From Octopus vulgaris (Eukaryota), in the NCBI GenBank assembly GCA_951406725.2, contig OX597824.1, positions 2,542,001 through 2,606,000 of the forward strand: a DNA stretch of 64,000 nt, in the 5' to 3' direction. How positions within the stretch are numbered: the stretch's first letter is position 1; the number at the start of each line of letters is the position of its first letter. A model generated the notes under the pieces. The model made no database searches. It was not told the origin of the DNA and saw only the letters and a program-made list of their open reading frames with translations. Positions 24,850 through 40,328 of this stretch are shown in pieces. The translations under genes and the position numbers were made by a program.

Positions 24850-25066
24850 ATTTCTTTACTACCCACAGGGGCTAAACACAGAGAGGACAAACGGATTAAG
24901 TCGATTACATCGACCCCCAGTGCGTAACTGGTACTTAATTTATCGACCCCGAAAGGATGAAAGGCAAAGTTGACCTCGGCGGAATTTGAACTCAGAACGT
25001 AACGGCAGACGAAATACGGCTACGCATTTCGCCCGGCGTGCTAACGTTTCTGCCAGCTCACCGCCT
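24850..25066 (-). mobile_element. S4 SINE, near full length, with probable TSD
   Basis: High similarity to the 17903 and 48649 copies, flanked by TTCAAATAGGAAAA / TTCAAATGGGAAAA. Confidence 0.9.
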
Positions 25067-25297
25067 TTTCAAATGGGAAAAATCATAGTACAAAATGTCA
25101 AAAACTTTCATCGTGCTCGACACATTATCATGAAATATAATTATGATTTTGTTTTAAATGTTTGTCATGCCATACCTCCAGTCATATATTTGTCCTTATA
25201 CAATGTTTATGTGGAAATAAAATCATGACATTTGAGATATCGCATAACTCTTTCCATATACACAAGGTGACTCCTTCTCGTGTCTATGTGAAATATA

Positions 25298-26535
25298 TAC
25301 GAAGCTAAGTCAAACTTTGAACGCACACTTGTTTCTATAATTTATTACAACAAAAGCACTGGTTAGACAATTGCACCATTTTTTCCATGCACTTCATCCC
25401 GCAGTCCACAAACCTGCTTATTCTATCGGAGATGAAGGTTTTCAACTGGTCGTGCAGCGGTTATACACCATCTCCCGTGCTTCTTCGCTCGAAGCAAATT
25501 GAGAAACTTGTAAAGGCTGTTCGAACAGTCCAAAGAGGTGACAGTTGTAAGGAGAGGAACCTGCAAGGTGTCCAAGCACCCCCAAATCTTTCCAATGGTG
25601 TGAGCGGCCGTATTTGGGCGTACATTGTCGTGCAGCACTTACACTATCGTTGCCAATGGACCACAGCGTTTGGTGCGAATTACTGCTATCAGCTTGTTGA
25701 TTAGTATTTCACTGTAACCTGCACAGGTGACTATAGACCCCTTTTTCCAGCTAATTGTCCTGCATAGGCCTTTTTGTTTCCCCCCTAAAACGGTTATCAT
25801 TACTTTTTCTTGCTGAGTGTTGAGTCTTGAATTTCTTTTTCGATGATAACTTCACGTGTTTCCACTCCATATTCCGCCTTTTGGATTTTGTCTCACAGTG
25901 GTGGACCTAAGTCTCATTTTCTGTAACTATTCCTTCCAACAAAATCCTTCCCCTTCACCGTTGTAGCGGTTGTGTAAGCGTCGACAGATTTTCACACGAT
26001 TGCGCTTATGTCCGTCCTTGGTAAGTTCTCTTAGCAACCGTATCGCACACACATTTCGGAATTGAAGATTGTTTTGAGAGATTTTGAATGCAGAATCATC
26101 ACCAATTTGCAGAGAATATACCATCTCTTTTACAGTCTCTCGTCGGTTCACCAGAACTATCTCTCGAGTGTGCAGAATCATTATGTCAGTAATGGGAGTT
26201 GATGGAGGTCTTACTCCCTGTTTCATGAATGTCCGGCCAGTTTTAAACTTCTCGATCGACTCAAATTCATATCTTCCCGATAGAATGCTATCCTTGTATA
26301 ATACTGAAATCCTGCGAGGAATTCCATGCCCTCACACACCTTCGGAATAGACAAATCAGATCACAAATTACTGATCTTCTTTGCATAACACTACAAATGG
26401 TTCCGGCATGTTTATTCAGTATTACATCAAACAAAAATGGACCAATCAAGGTAAATTTTAACATGCAAACGCTGAAGGCAGCCAACCGAAAGTTTTGGTG
26501 AAAGTGCTGCTAATTTTTGATTTCCATTTGTACAT
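25298..26535 (-). mobile_element. Mariner DNA transposon, decayed, near full length
   Basis: QRRSVI.., RPPST.., NRRETVKEM..LQI, NVCA.RL.RELT, IVTENET.VHH, KVMITV and LHDNVRP motifs occur in order on the minus strand. Confidence 0.85.
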
Positions 26536-26582
26536 ACGAGTGTGTGCGTGTGCGTGTGTGTGTGCGCGTGCATGTGCGTATG

Positions 26583-26622
<40 letters not shown>

Positions 26623-27136
26623 ATTTGCTTCTGTTTTTGAATATATAAATCCTTCCTTTGTGGCAAGAAAAGTTTAAGTAATTGAAAACAGATGAAAATA
26701 ACATACATATTTATATAAAGATACATGCATAAATACATATATATATGTATATATATATATATATATATATACGTATATATATAACCATTATGTATATATG
26801 TGTGGGTGGGGAGAAATGCTTGTAAGGGTATATGTATGTATATTTATATATATGTATATATGTATAAATATATATGCATATATATTAATACAAAGTGATA
26901 TATATATATACATACATATAGAGTGAGAGATATTGCACACACACACACACGTTTGTTTGTGTGTGTATCAGTTCAAGTCACAATATATGGATTGAACTAA
27001 TCCGCTGGGACTCAGAGAAAAAGCTTCTTAATGTATCATTCTACAAAAGACATAGAATTTCTTATTCTACTTCTTATCATAATGTGGTTCTTTTTTTAAA
27101 TAGACTTACTGCGTTTCGAAACTTCAAGCTTATACA

Positions 27137-27350
<214 letters not shown>

Positions 27351-27514
27351 TAATATAGACATGTAAATGATTTATGATGCACTATGAAATATAATAAAAT
27401 AGATAATTTATATATGGTTATTAAGCTGCGAAACAATTGTTGCTAAACATGAATATCCAATGGTAAAATATATTTCTCCCTTTATTTATAATTATATATA
27501 TTACATAATCATTT

Positions 27515-27532
27515 ATTATTATTATTATTATT

Positions 27533-27576
<44 letters not shown>

Positions 27577-27585
27577 TATTATCAC

Positions 27586-27681
<96 letters not shown>

Positions 27682-27695
27682 TATTATTATTATTA
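27515..27695. repeat. (TAT)n-(CAT)n microsatellite
   Basis: Directly visible. It explains the poly-His and poly-Met ORFs. Confidence 0.98.
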
Positions 27696-27886
27696 TTTTA
27701 TGTTTGACTTTTGCTTTACATTTGAATAAGTTGGCTCGAAGTCTCACCCAGAGACCTCAAGAGAGGTGTTATGCCTAGGGTGCCATATATTTGGTTTTGT
27801 ACTTAGTGTTGTACTAGTGAATGTCTCAAAAAAACATACGAAAATTGTTTGTTATAAAACTTGAGATTGCATAGAAAGTATTTTGC

Positions 27887-27978
<92 letters not shown>

Positions 27979-30900
27979 CCTGCATGTATATATGTACAAC
28001 GTAATGCATAGGCCTCTTCAGATCAGTCTTTCTACTTTATATTACTATCATTTTCATGCATTCCTCCGTTTTCTTCTTCTGTTCCTCATCTTTCTCCTTC
28101 CCCACTCTTCTTCTTCTTCTTCTTCTTCTTCTTCTTCTTCTTCTTCTTCTTCTTCTTCTTCCTTTCGGAAAAGATAGCATTTCATCCAATCAAATTCGTT
28201 TACCTTCTTTACGTTATTATCCATTCTCTTGTAGAAATGTTTTTCTTTTCCACTTTCGTTTTATTAAACTCATTTCAAAGATTGAAATTCGTATCAGAAG
28301 AATTCACAGAAAAATCCTGACAGGTGTCGCTAAGTTTTGCTACAATTATGGAACGAAAGACTTGCGAACATTCTCTCAATGCTAAGCTCACGTAGCGTAT
28401 AGAAATAGCTTAATCGACTCCACGTTGAGTTTGGTATAACCATAAATAATAAATCGAAATTAGCTCATAAATGGAACCCACTTTCTATGAACGTGGAGCA
28501 GACTACATTATTGCTCACCTTTAAAGTTTGGTCATTATGTAATTTCGTATATTGTTTAGATGATTGAAGAAATGACACAGTGTATGCGAAAGATTGTGTT
28601 ACAGATACGGAATAATATGTAAGATTCTCCTAACAGCATTGCAGAAGCCGAAACCATTACAGAATGCATTCCTTGCTGGGCTACGTGATGAGAAATCTAA
28701 GAGGGAACATCGAAGTAGTTTTAAAGTTATTCTAAATCGATCGTTGTCTCAATGACACGTAAAATTTTCAGTTTTATAGATTTCATCATAGATTCACTTT
28801 CGGGACTACGTGGCCGCGGTTAATGTTATCATTGCGATTCCATCTTCCCGTATTATATGAGTTTCATTTCTGGTCAACCCTTTAGTCGATTCCTCCGCCA
28901 TACTCGTTCCCAGAACTTTATGATATCCTCATTTAGCACAAACTTTCGCTTCAGATCCACCAACCTTAGTTAAACCTGCTAGGAGTAAAACCCCCACTAG
29001 TAACACTTCTTTAGGGTGCAGGAATACGTGGGCCTGATTACCACACTCGATGTGAAAATCATAGATGAACAATAAAAGTTCAAATGAAGAATATTTCCTT
29101 AAACCATTCTTGACAAATGGCATAAGGTGCATACAGTGCAGTGTTTGTTAACCTTTTTTTGTTTTCCTTCTTTGTAGCGCCTCCACCCTTTTAAGTAGTT
29201 GTTATGCTTAGCACCCACTTAAGTGGCGAGGTATCACGACTAAATAAACTTATAATTTATCCATTTTACTCTAAAAATGCATTGTATAAGCTTTTAACAG
29301 TGAAACGATAAAAAGTGAAAGAAGACGAAAGTCGTAAATTTACTTCATTCGTTGCAAACCAATGATTTCCCTGCGATTGATGAGATCTCATTTTCTTTTA
29401 ATAACCATTACTAGTTTTATCACGTATAATATAATTACTACGATAGGTGAAATTTAGTATCTTAATTATTCATTCTGCTTCACTGACCTCTTTGAAATTC
29501 CCGGCGCCCTCTTGGGGGAGTGGTGCCACCCACGTTGAGAATCTCTCGTGGACGCAGAAAATATTCGAATATTTAGCAATCCGCTTCGTTGCAGACTCAA
29601 TCTCTCTGCGTCTTTTATCATCGTCTCGAGTTGACTGAAACCCTTTGAGTGCATTTAGTAAACAGAAACTGCGAGGAAGCCCGTCAGAGGGGTGGTGTCT
29701 AAAAGTTTAAAGATTCAGCTTTGATATTATTTGCGTAACGGTGATTCTGCTTGAGAATCATGATAAAAGTTTGTGTCTCTGGAATACTCAGCCACTTAGA
29801 AGTTACTTGAATGAGTGACTAAGTTGGCCAATTATTTGGAATACGCTTCGTTGAAACCAAAGATTCATTTTCTTCACTTATATTTTCTTCACTGTTCTGT
29901 GTTTTAGTGTGAAATTGGGTAAAACACGAACGCCCACACATTCCTGTCCTCGCTCCCCACAATAAAATTATACGTTTCTATCATATTTTCAAATGTGACT
30001 TGGATCAATCAATTTGAAAGCTTCATGCGTTCTACTATGATGATTGGACCTAGTCTCTAGCTGTTCACGCAACTTGTTAGAAACAGAACCCAATCTCCCT
30101 CAAAGCTTAAATAGTACGATATAGTCCGAGTTACACAACGTCTAAAACAATGGCCCCATCATATCTAGAATGGTTCTACCATGGTTCTGACTGATTTCAT
30201 CCAGGGATAATCTGGGGGCCAAATGACATCCTTAAAATATATACCAGTGATATACTAACGCCGATTCGATCGACAACATAATTCTTACGGAAATATCCTC
30301 TTTCTTCTGCAACGGTACTGACTGCACTCATTTACCACCCCACCACTTAGCCATTCCTAATCCGTTATCTCTCCCCCTCTCTTCACCTTCCTTGTATCCG
30401 CCCTCATCCATATAACACACACTAGCCGTTACACCCAGCTCTTCCTTTAAAACTTTGTCTCCATGGCCCTCCTTCCTGTTCATGTCTTTCCCACCAATAT
30501 TGATTTATAAATGTTCCAGAGTAACATTACTGGAATCAATCTCAATGAAATCGGAGGGCCTGGAAAGGTCTTGGAGGCTGCCCCTTCCTACAGACCCAGC
30601 GACTAAAGATAAATGCGAACATCATTTTAGACGACAAAGTTAAGAATCTTTATCTCATTATTGCTAATTAATGATGTTGTCTCTGTATGCTATGTCTAAA
30701 CATTGGATATAATTAGAGCCGACAGACTAAAAATTTACTTCACAACCATCGTAATCCCAGTGAATTTTACTGCGGGGTGTCTAGAGCAACGTATTTTGAT
30801 ATAGCCCTAGGAGAGCTAAGCCTTGGCGAGAAATTAGAGAGCAGAAAATTGTGTAGGAATTCTAAAGAAAAACAGTCAAATCCCTCAAGCCACCTATTCT

Positions 30901-32137
30901 GCCACGAATCTCTTCAATGCTACTAAGTTGAGAAAACACAAGTCAATACATAAGTTATTGGCAGGTATCTCCTTAATGAGTTTGATAAGTAAGTATTTCA
31001 ATATATCGGAAAAAGTGAACACATCGAAGAAACAGAGAGATAATCCTTCGATCGATTGGTAGATCTTGCAATATCCATCGAGAGATCGATTGATGCTGAT
31101 GGACCCATCGGTTGATCAAGCGATCGTTCCGTATCAACTTTACTTTTTCACTCCTAAGGAGTTTGTAAATTGTGTATCCCTTGTTGTTTAACCTCAGGTC
31201 ACACTGATTTTTCATATCTACGAATGCGCGTGACTTACAGATAAGGTATCGGGCTCACCATCGAAAAGTTGTGGGTTCGATTACCACACAGGTTAACGTG
31301 TCATGTCCTCGAATGATATACTCTCTTTCATTTAGCTAAAGCTGAATTGAGCTTGCTTCTGCCTCGCAGATTACTAGACAGAAGTCTCATTAATGTAAGG
31401 GGTTTCAAGCCCTTCGCTGACTACTGTACACTCATTAGACTACGATCGAAATGCTTCCAGTCCTTCGATCCATACTGCTTATTATTTGTCTATTATTTTT
31501 ATTGTCCCCAGAATCCTATAACCATAACTACATTCTCCAAACTATACTTCTCTTTTTAACACTCTAAGCTATGAGGTTAGGTTGCTATTTCTAGCACGTC
31601 AAGCAACCATGTAGCAGTTTCCATGATATTGTTCACTCTGCATGTTACATCTGAAATTGCATTAAATTAAGGTAGCTGTTTGTGGTAGAGATTTAACGTA
31701 TGTACAAACTTGAAGGGCATGATACTAAGGGTCTTGTCTGAGAGAAAATCTCTTTATTGGCATGCCGTCTTAAAAATGCAATATATATCAGAGCAAAACA
31801 AAAATCGTGACTCACGAGAATGTCGTATACATTTCAGCCCACTTGAGACTTGTCAATGACGTATACTCGCCGGTCTCATACCACGATGAAATCACTTCCT
31901 TCCGATATATAGGAAACAGTAAATGATAGAGTCACTGATAAAGCGGAGAGCATGCAGGCCCGGATAAAAATTCATTGTACGCAATTCAAACAGCACTAAA
32001 CTAAAATCAGATCTGTACATTATACGGAGGAGCGTCTTCTTCTACACTTTCCCACATCTGTGCTGAGTTATTATGTCAAAGCTTACATAAATCGTTAAAA
32101 TTGATGTTTTTATTATTGTTGTAGTCATTAGTGTTCC

Positions 32138-32185
<48 letters not shown>

Positions 32186-32444
32186 AACACACACACACCA
32201 CACACGCGTGTGCGAACAATTCTGCTTTGACATTACTTTCGGATTCAGACTTGTGTTTATTTATTTTTTATTGATTTATTTTTAGATGATCTTCCTTTTT
32301 ATAGTTTTTTTTTTTAACTTTTCTTTATTTTTCCAGCAGTGTAATTGTTTCACATTAACAGATCGAAAAATCTAAGCAACTGAGAACTTCACCAAGAGTC
32401 ACTTTTATTCAATGAACTACATATATGTAGGTGTGTGTCTATAC

Positions 32445-32486
<42 letters not shown>

Positions 32487-32522
32487 GTATGTGTATATGT
32501 ATACCTACATATATATATATAT

Positions 32523-32561
<39 letters not shown>

Positions 32562-32650
32562 TATACATACATACATACATACACACATACATACATACAT
32601 ACATATATACATATGTATGTATATATGTGTGTGTCTATATATAGATAGAG

Positions 32651-32686
<36 letters not shown>

Positions 32687-32691
32687 GGATG

Positions 32692-32728
<37 letters not shown>

Positions 32729-32935
32729 GTAGGAAGTCAGAGAGAGGGAGAGAGATAAAAGAGAGTGATGCGAACAGACAGATATACAAATAAAACAAAA
32801 ACACACGCATTCACAAAGGCAGAAGTAAGGAAGAGAAATGGAGAGACGGAGAGTGAAGGTGAAACAGAGAGTGGTGTGTTTGTGGTGAAACGTCTAATTA
32901 TATACACGCGCGCAAACACCCACTCCTACACACAA

Positions 32936-32971
<36 letters not shown>

Positions 32972-33102
32972 GCTTTTGTATGCGCGAATTAGTATATATG
33001 TGTATGAGTGTATAACTGTGTCTTTGTGACGTAATTGCCTTGAGGTCTATCAATACATGTGTTTATGTATGTGTTTACATATGTATATGCCTCACACAAA
33101 TG

Positions 33103-33137
<35 letters not shown>

Positions 33138-33305
33138 ACATATCATACACACCCACACACTCAAACACGTGTATATATATATATTATGCTATAATCGAGT
33201 CACCTCTCCCCACAATCGATCATGCACCACCCCCACAGCCCCTATTTTATAATTCCCTACAGTCACCCATCACCAGCCACTAGCCATCAGCAACCAACAC
33301 CACCA

Positions 33306-33532
33306 ACGCTACCACTTCCCACCACGACCACCACCACCACCACCACCGTTCCAGCCATTTCTGTTTCCAATCACACACAGTCTTCTTCACACTCCACTTT
33401 GACTTAGCCTGATGCTATTGATCAATTCGAGATGAACTTCTCTTCAAAGTATCACATAGCTGCTTATCGATTTCTGCTTTGATTGCACAGTTTCAGAATG
33501 GTGGTGCTCAGGTAAATTAAATCACACGCACG
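33306..33532 (+). repeat. Dispersed direct duplicate, copy 1
   Basis: Nearly identical to 43281-43495 (2 substitutions plus a (CAC)n length difference). Confidence 0.95.
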
Positions 33533-33577
33533 AGCATATACACGTAAGCGCGTACAAATACACTTGCAGCCAAAATG

Positions 33578-33638
<61 letters not shown>

Positions 33639-33711
33639 TTTTACCTCTTTAGTATGTATACATACATACCTGCACGCTCGCTAACATGCAAGTGCCATCA
33701 TACACGAAGCC

Positions 33712-33792
33712 ATATATATGTGTGTATGTGCGTGTGTATATGTGTGTGTGTGTGTGTGCCCGTATGCGTGTATGTATTTACTCATCTATGTG

Positions 33793-33823
<31 letters not shown>

Positions 33824-33992
33824 GTATGTATATGTATATATCTATGTATATATATATATATATGTATATATGTGTATATATATATATACATATATACATA
33901 TATACATATATATATACATATATATATACATATATACATATATATATATACATATATATATACATATATGCATATATATATACATATATGCG

Positions 33993-34083
<91 letters not shown>
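33712..34083. repeat. Compound (TG)n/(TA)n microsatellite
   Basis: Directly visible. Confidence 0.97.
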
Positions 34084-34086
<3 letters not shown>

Positions 34087-34101
34087 GTTACTGTTTATAT
34101 T

Positions 34102-34310
34102 AAGGCGGCGAGCTGGTAGAAACATTAGTACGCTGGGCGAAATGCTTAGCGATATTTTGTCTTTTCGCACTGAGTTCAAATTCCACCGAGGTCAACTTTG
34201 CGTTTCACCCTTTCAGGGTCGATAAATTAAGTACCAGTTGCGTGCTCGGGTTGATCTAATCGACTGTTCCCCTCCCTAAAACTTTCGGGCCTTGTGCCTA
34301 GATTAGAAAG
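34102..34310 (+). mobile_element. S4 SINE with alternative tail
   Basis: AAGGCGGCGAGCTGGTAGAA..GAGTTCAAATTCCACCGAGGTCAAC..GGGCCTTGTGCCTAG. Confidence 0.85.
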
Positions 34311-34519
34311 GGATATTACTGTTTATAATAATATCAGTCGCTATCATGCGCAAAAAGCCCATACACCCTGATATGTATACATACATACACATGCATCCAT
34401 CCATGCATACATACATATACACAGACATATAGACACATATACAAATGCATACATACATGCATGCATAACATACATACATACACACATACACATACATACA
34501 TATATGCATACATCTCCAC

Positions 34520-35630
34520 TCATGGATGTTAGAAGCCCTCCAACTTGCTGAAGTTCCAGTGAGTATAAACAAGTTAACCTGACTTCATCGTGGGCCACCA
34601 TCTTGAGATTAAACACAAAGAGTGACTGTATTATCACTGATAGAATACAGTACTGCATGGGCTTATTCTAAGGAGACAGCCTCTCTTTTATGTTGTTTAC
34701 AGTTTCTGTTAATCCATTGTCATTCATGGTAAGGAAGTCTGGTGGATATCTCACTGTTTCACAAGGTAACGGCAATACCAAAATTACACGCTGGTTCTTC
34801 GTGGATGACTTGAAACTTTATGCAAAGAATAAGCCTAAGATGAAAAAGAGCCTTGACATTCTTACAACTTTCTCAATGTATGCAGAGTTGGAGTTTGGCA
34901 AGGATAAATGTTGTTATATGGTTGTGTAGAGAAGGAAAATTGTATATCTGACTAGGAACATCTCCAATGGTTTAGCTGTTTCCCCTATGTCTATGAGGAA
35001 TATTGCAGGTATCTAGGTGTGGATAAAAACATATCTTACAATGGCACCTGTAACAAAACACGAATGAAGAAAATTTTGACCTCGGAACTATCTGCATTCA
35101 ATAAAACAGTGGCCCACAATGTGTCTGCAGTGCCACTACTCATACCAATATTTGGACTCTTTGATTGGACGCTTTGTGAGTTCCGAACCATTGATGCGGA
35201 AACTCAGAAGATAATAACAATCTCAAATAATTTACACATGAACAGTATTGTAGACCTGAAACGAAAACAAGGTGGCAGAGGCGTAGCATCAATCCAGACT
35301 GCCTCTGAATGTTGTATCATATCCCTTCGGCAACATCTTTTAACCACCAAGCGTTGAAGTGCATCCCTTGACCAAGGTTGCATAGATGAGGCTGATAACA
35401 TTTTAAGACTCGGAAGGCAGTTACTTAAGCAACACTCTTTGTCCAAAGAAGTCGAACGACTCTACCACAACGTATCATCAAATGAAATGATGAGTATATA
35501 TGAGCAGAAAACTATGCAGGGATATGTCAGTTGAAAGTTCGGAGATGATAATATTGACCATCAAAGCAGTCTATCATGGACCAATAACAGGATTACCACC
35601 TCCGGGGAACAGGAGATACCAACCAAATAC
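34520..35630 (+). pseudogene. R4/Dong-type LINE reverse transcriptase fragment
   Basis: GDSLS.MLF..VNPLS, FFVDDLKLYAK, FGKDKC, RYLG, SELSAFNKTVAHN, KQGGRG. Confidence 0.9.
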
Positions 35631-35632
35631 CT

Positions 35633-35778
<146 letters not shown>

Positions 35779-36757
35779 TTCCTACATATATACATACATT
35801 TATATATACATATATATCTGCATATATACATACTTATATTTGCGTGTGCGCATGTGTTTATGCATGCATATATACATATAAAAAAATGGATGCATATATG
35901 CATGTATATGAAGCTTGTGTGTTTAATATTCTACACATGCAGCTAAAAGTTTGCAAACTGATTTTTGAATTCCAGCATTTAATTCGATTGTAACTTACTG
36001 CAGAAAGGTGTTTAAATGGCGGTGCCCCAGCATGGCCACAGCTTGTGAGCTGAAACTAGATAAAAATAAAAAATAAATAAAAAATAAAATAAAATAAATA
36101 TGAATTTGTGCGTATTTTTACATATATATGTGTGTGTGTATGTGTTTGTGTATGTGTGCGTGCGTGTGTGTGTGTGTGCGCGCTTGTTATTCTTCTATCC
36201 AGGATGCAGTAACGAACCGCTAATTGTAATGCATTTAAATGCCTTCATTCTCTGTAGAAACATAAAACGCATTTAAAACTTAGCAACTTCGTACTGTAAT
36301 GTCTCGTTTCAGCGATTGCATGGCCACTGGTTGGCTTCTCAAATTGCTCGCTTTATACGGATAGAAATGTGTGTCTCGGTGAACTTGTTTTTATTTTCAT
36401 TAGATAAATATTGTGTGTGTGTGTATTTGTGTATCTCTGCGTGTGTGTGCCTGTGTGTCAGTATGCTTGTGTGCGTGATCGATAAATTAATTAATTAATT
36501 TGTTATACAGTAAATAGAATCGATCTGGAATTATTAATTTTCTGTTATTGTGTTCAGAATATTGGACCTGATGTTTCAACTTAACACTGAGCAAACAAAT
36601 TCAAACGTTCCAAGTAGTTTTAAATGTTGTATGGACCAGTCAGCACGTGTGAATAGCAAATAAGATATTTGTGTAGCGTTTGGAAAATATCAAAGCACAA
36701 TTTCGTAGATTTGACTGCAGTTTGTCTCTGTTTATCATACATCCGGGTCTAGACGTC

Positions 36758-36825
<68 letters not shown>

Positions 36826-38414
36826 TAATAATAAAAATAACTAAAGACAGAGTCGCGTATTTATTTATTGGTCAGCAGAGGTCAACGATTTCAAAAAGTA
36901 ATTTGTTTTCTTTCTACAGAACTCCAGAAATTTCCAGAAAGTTTTCATAACATAGTGAGAGAATCTAAACTAATTCCAGGCATCTCACGCTTGGTATTTA
37001 ATATATATGAAAGATATGCAAATCGGTGTGTTGGAGTTTGCAAGAATTTATCATTTCCTTGCTTCAAGTGATGCCACTTTGAAACACGATAAGAGGGAGT
37101 CCACTTTTATAAATAGTAGTTTTTTCCTTCTCAATCAAGATTGTTTCTAAAATCTGAATGAAGTTTTGATCCCTGCGAAACAGTGTTAAACTCGGTAGAG
37201 CAATATTTTTTTTCTTTTTTTGTCAGTTCCTTGTGTATCATAAGATTCAGTTGTACAGTTTTAGTTATCATGGTCGGATAACACTTAACAATGAACAGTT
37301 GAAAGTTTGAAGGAATTCAACGATGATTTTTTTTCATTAACAATTACTTCTTAATTGTCATCTGCCCCCGTTTTCAGCTTGACAAAGTTTGCTGGCTTTT
37401 GCAAGATTCTTTATCCGTTGATTAAAGTATACAAATCGTGTGGATCGTCTGTGTTCTGAAGCAGTCCATTCTCACAGCATTAACAAGATTACTTATGAAG
37501 ATGAAGAACCGAAACGCACAAGATATTGCCTCGCGTAAAAACGATTATTGGTGGATAATAAATCATAAGACTAACTATAAACGATGACCTTAACAGATCA
37601 CCGGTATTTTAATTTCTAGCCACTGAAGCAATTTCCCGTATGCCTTACGAGCGATGCGGTAAGGGTTGTTTTTATTGACTTTATCCATTATTGGATAAAG
37701 TAAACGTGACCCTCCTCGCAAAATTGCTGGCCCTGTGCAAAACTTTGAAGTAATTTTTTTTTTGTTGCTAAATAAAGGTCACATTCAGAACAGCGTAACA
37801 GAATAGGTAGATTGTGACACTTGGGAAGATTTACTCGATGAGATAGTAAATTACAAAAAAGAAACATGATAATTAATTGAGTAAAGTTATTACTGAAGAT
37901 CGAATGTTTTAAATGAAAACTTCACCGAACTCATAAAAGGGAAAAAAAAGGAAACGGTAGCTCTTCTCGGTTTGATGAATGAGATGCAAAAAGGCTATTA
38001 TGTTCCCAAAGCAATTTTATTACATTGTTTAGTATTTCGAAAGGAAAAACGAAACATATAAAATATAATTATTCGCTTACATTAGAATTTCTACCAAGAG
38101 AACTCGACTGTTCGTGTAGCATCGTACATCTTCATTCAATGCTCGCATTACTATCGAACCGATGTGTTAGAACGGACAAAATTTTTACGCCTCAGTTTTT
38201 CGTTTTAATATTTTCGCTGACTTCTCGGACTTGATTTACATGTAAAATCAATGTTTTACAACTTTTTAGCCCCTGAAGGGATTCTTGCCGTAACAACTTC
38301 TTATCGTGTAACAAGAGCATTAGCATAAACCCATAAAGTTGACGGATAATAAACAATTCCTGATTCTCTGCTATACTTTCTCAATCTCACTTTCGCGTTC
38401 CTCTCTCTCTCCCC

Positions 38415-38480
<66 letters not shown>

Positions 38481-38996
38481 ATGAGTGTACGTATATTATA
38501 TATCCCACTCACTCCTTGAATGTATGTATGTATGTATGTATGTATCATTCTATGTGTGGAATTATCTATCAAGACCGGTAGCAGGTTATGTTTAGTTTTC
38601 TTTGCTCAAGCAACTCCTTTCAATCGAAAACGTAAGAAATTGTTATCAACAGCGCTAGATCGATTGACTTGTTGCAGAGTAGCTCGATATTTCAATCCAG
38701 TTTTTGTTTTTCATTCATGTTTCTTTTTGTTGTTTTCTATATTATTATTTTCGATTTGAATCTTAAAATTAAGAATCAACATTGGTTTTCATATTTTTAA
38801 ACATGAGAATGAAGAACGGAGAAAATAAGAAACTATATTTGATGCATAAAAATGTAAAACAATTCTTAAACTGAAGTAACGTTGCGATCCGAAATCTAAT
38901 TTCTGTTGTGTTTCTTTATAATTTCGATTCAAGCTCAAACATTTTGTAATTGGATGGGGGCACTTTGCACACACCTCACTAACGCAAATCTGGTAA

Positions 38997-39071
<75 letters not shown>

Positions 39072-39145
39072 TTAGGGTAGAAATTGATATTTATCAATTA
39101 GAACCAGTGGTCTAGCATATTAAAAAAAAGAATCCGAAGATTAAA

Positions 39146-39567
39146 ATATATATATATACCAATTAAGGACTGAACACGAAAAATGAAAAGTGGACAGTCA
39201 ACATGCTAGATACAGACGTCAAATCGCCATTCTCCACAAAAGATTATGTTCTCAGATCAAACTCAGCACAAAACCATAGCAATAAACAAGGGAAAATATA
39301 CGAAATAAATATTTACCCATGTACTAATTTAGTTTCGGCTGTTATTTTCAGCCATGCTGATGATGGCTGCAGTTTTCCTTGCGGAAAATAACAGCCGAAA
39401 TTAGTACATGGGTAAATATTTATTTCGTATATTTTCACTTGTTTATTGCTTTGGTTTTGTGCTGAGTTTGATCTGAGAACATAATCTTTTGTGGAGAATG
39501 GCGATTTGACGTCTATATCTAACATGTTGACTGTCCACTTTTCATTTTTCGTGTTCAGTCCTTAATT

Positions 39568-39600
<33 letters not shown>
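39146..39600. mobile_element. Fold-back element (arms of about 190 bp) centred on a hammerhead (family D), bounded by (TA)n on both sides
   Basis: 39158-39349 is the reverse complement of 39384-39570 (4 substitutions, one 5-nt indel), with a 34-nt spacer. Confidence 0.9.
39352..39411 (+). ncRNA. Type I hammerhead ribozyme motif, family D
   Basis: CCAUG-CUGAUGA-U-GGCUG ca GUUUUCC uugc GGAAAAU aa CAGCC-GAAA-UUAG-UA-CAUGG. Confidence 0.8.
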
Positions 39601-39647
<47 letters not shown>

Positions 39648-40328
39648 CATACATACATATGTCTATATACATACATATATATATATAATATTTAAACATA
39701 CATATATATGTGCATATATATATATATACATGCATATATATATATGTGTATATACACACACATACACACATACACACACACACACACACAGACACACATG
39801 CACACACACATACACACACACAAACACTTCCGTGCGCCAGTGTGTGTCTGTAACCGGAAACCAGTTCTTAGCAGTATATCATAAAAACACGACCGATCTA
39901 CATTTTCGATAACTTTCTATGAAGTTTTTTTTCTTTTTCTCAAATCTATGGGTTTCCTATTTCATAGTATTTTTGAAAAAGTATAAAGGAAATTGTGTAA
40001 TGTAATATATCGTGTGTTTTTCATTCAAAATCCGTAATGAACGCTAAAATCCAGTTTTACTAAGGTTCTGCTGCGCTAAATAGATTATCGTCTAATGATT
40101 AACTACTGATGTATGACCCCAGTTCAGATCTGATCGAAAACTATTATGCCCCAAAGCATCCTAGTCTTGACCACACAGGCTTTATTTCGTTTTTTTTGCT
40201 GGGGGGGGGGGGCAGCAGTTTTATTAATTTATTTATAATTTTAAAAGTTTTACAGTAGCGAGGTCTGCAGTGTGAAGGGTGTCCTTCCTTCCTTATGATG
40301 GAATTCGACAGAGTTGGCGGTTATTTTT

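Noticed and set aside
39203-39525. Two near-identical convergent ORFs (MLDTDVKSPF.. / [10 protein letters not shown]..)
   Set aside because: They are a by-product of the inverted repeat, not genes.
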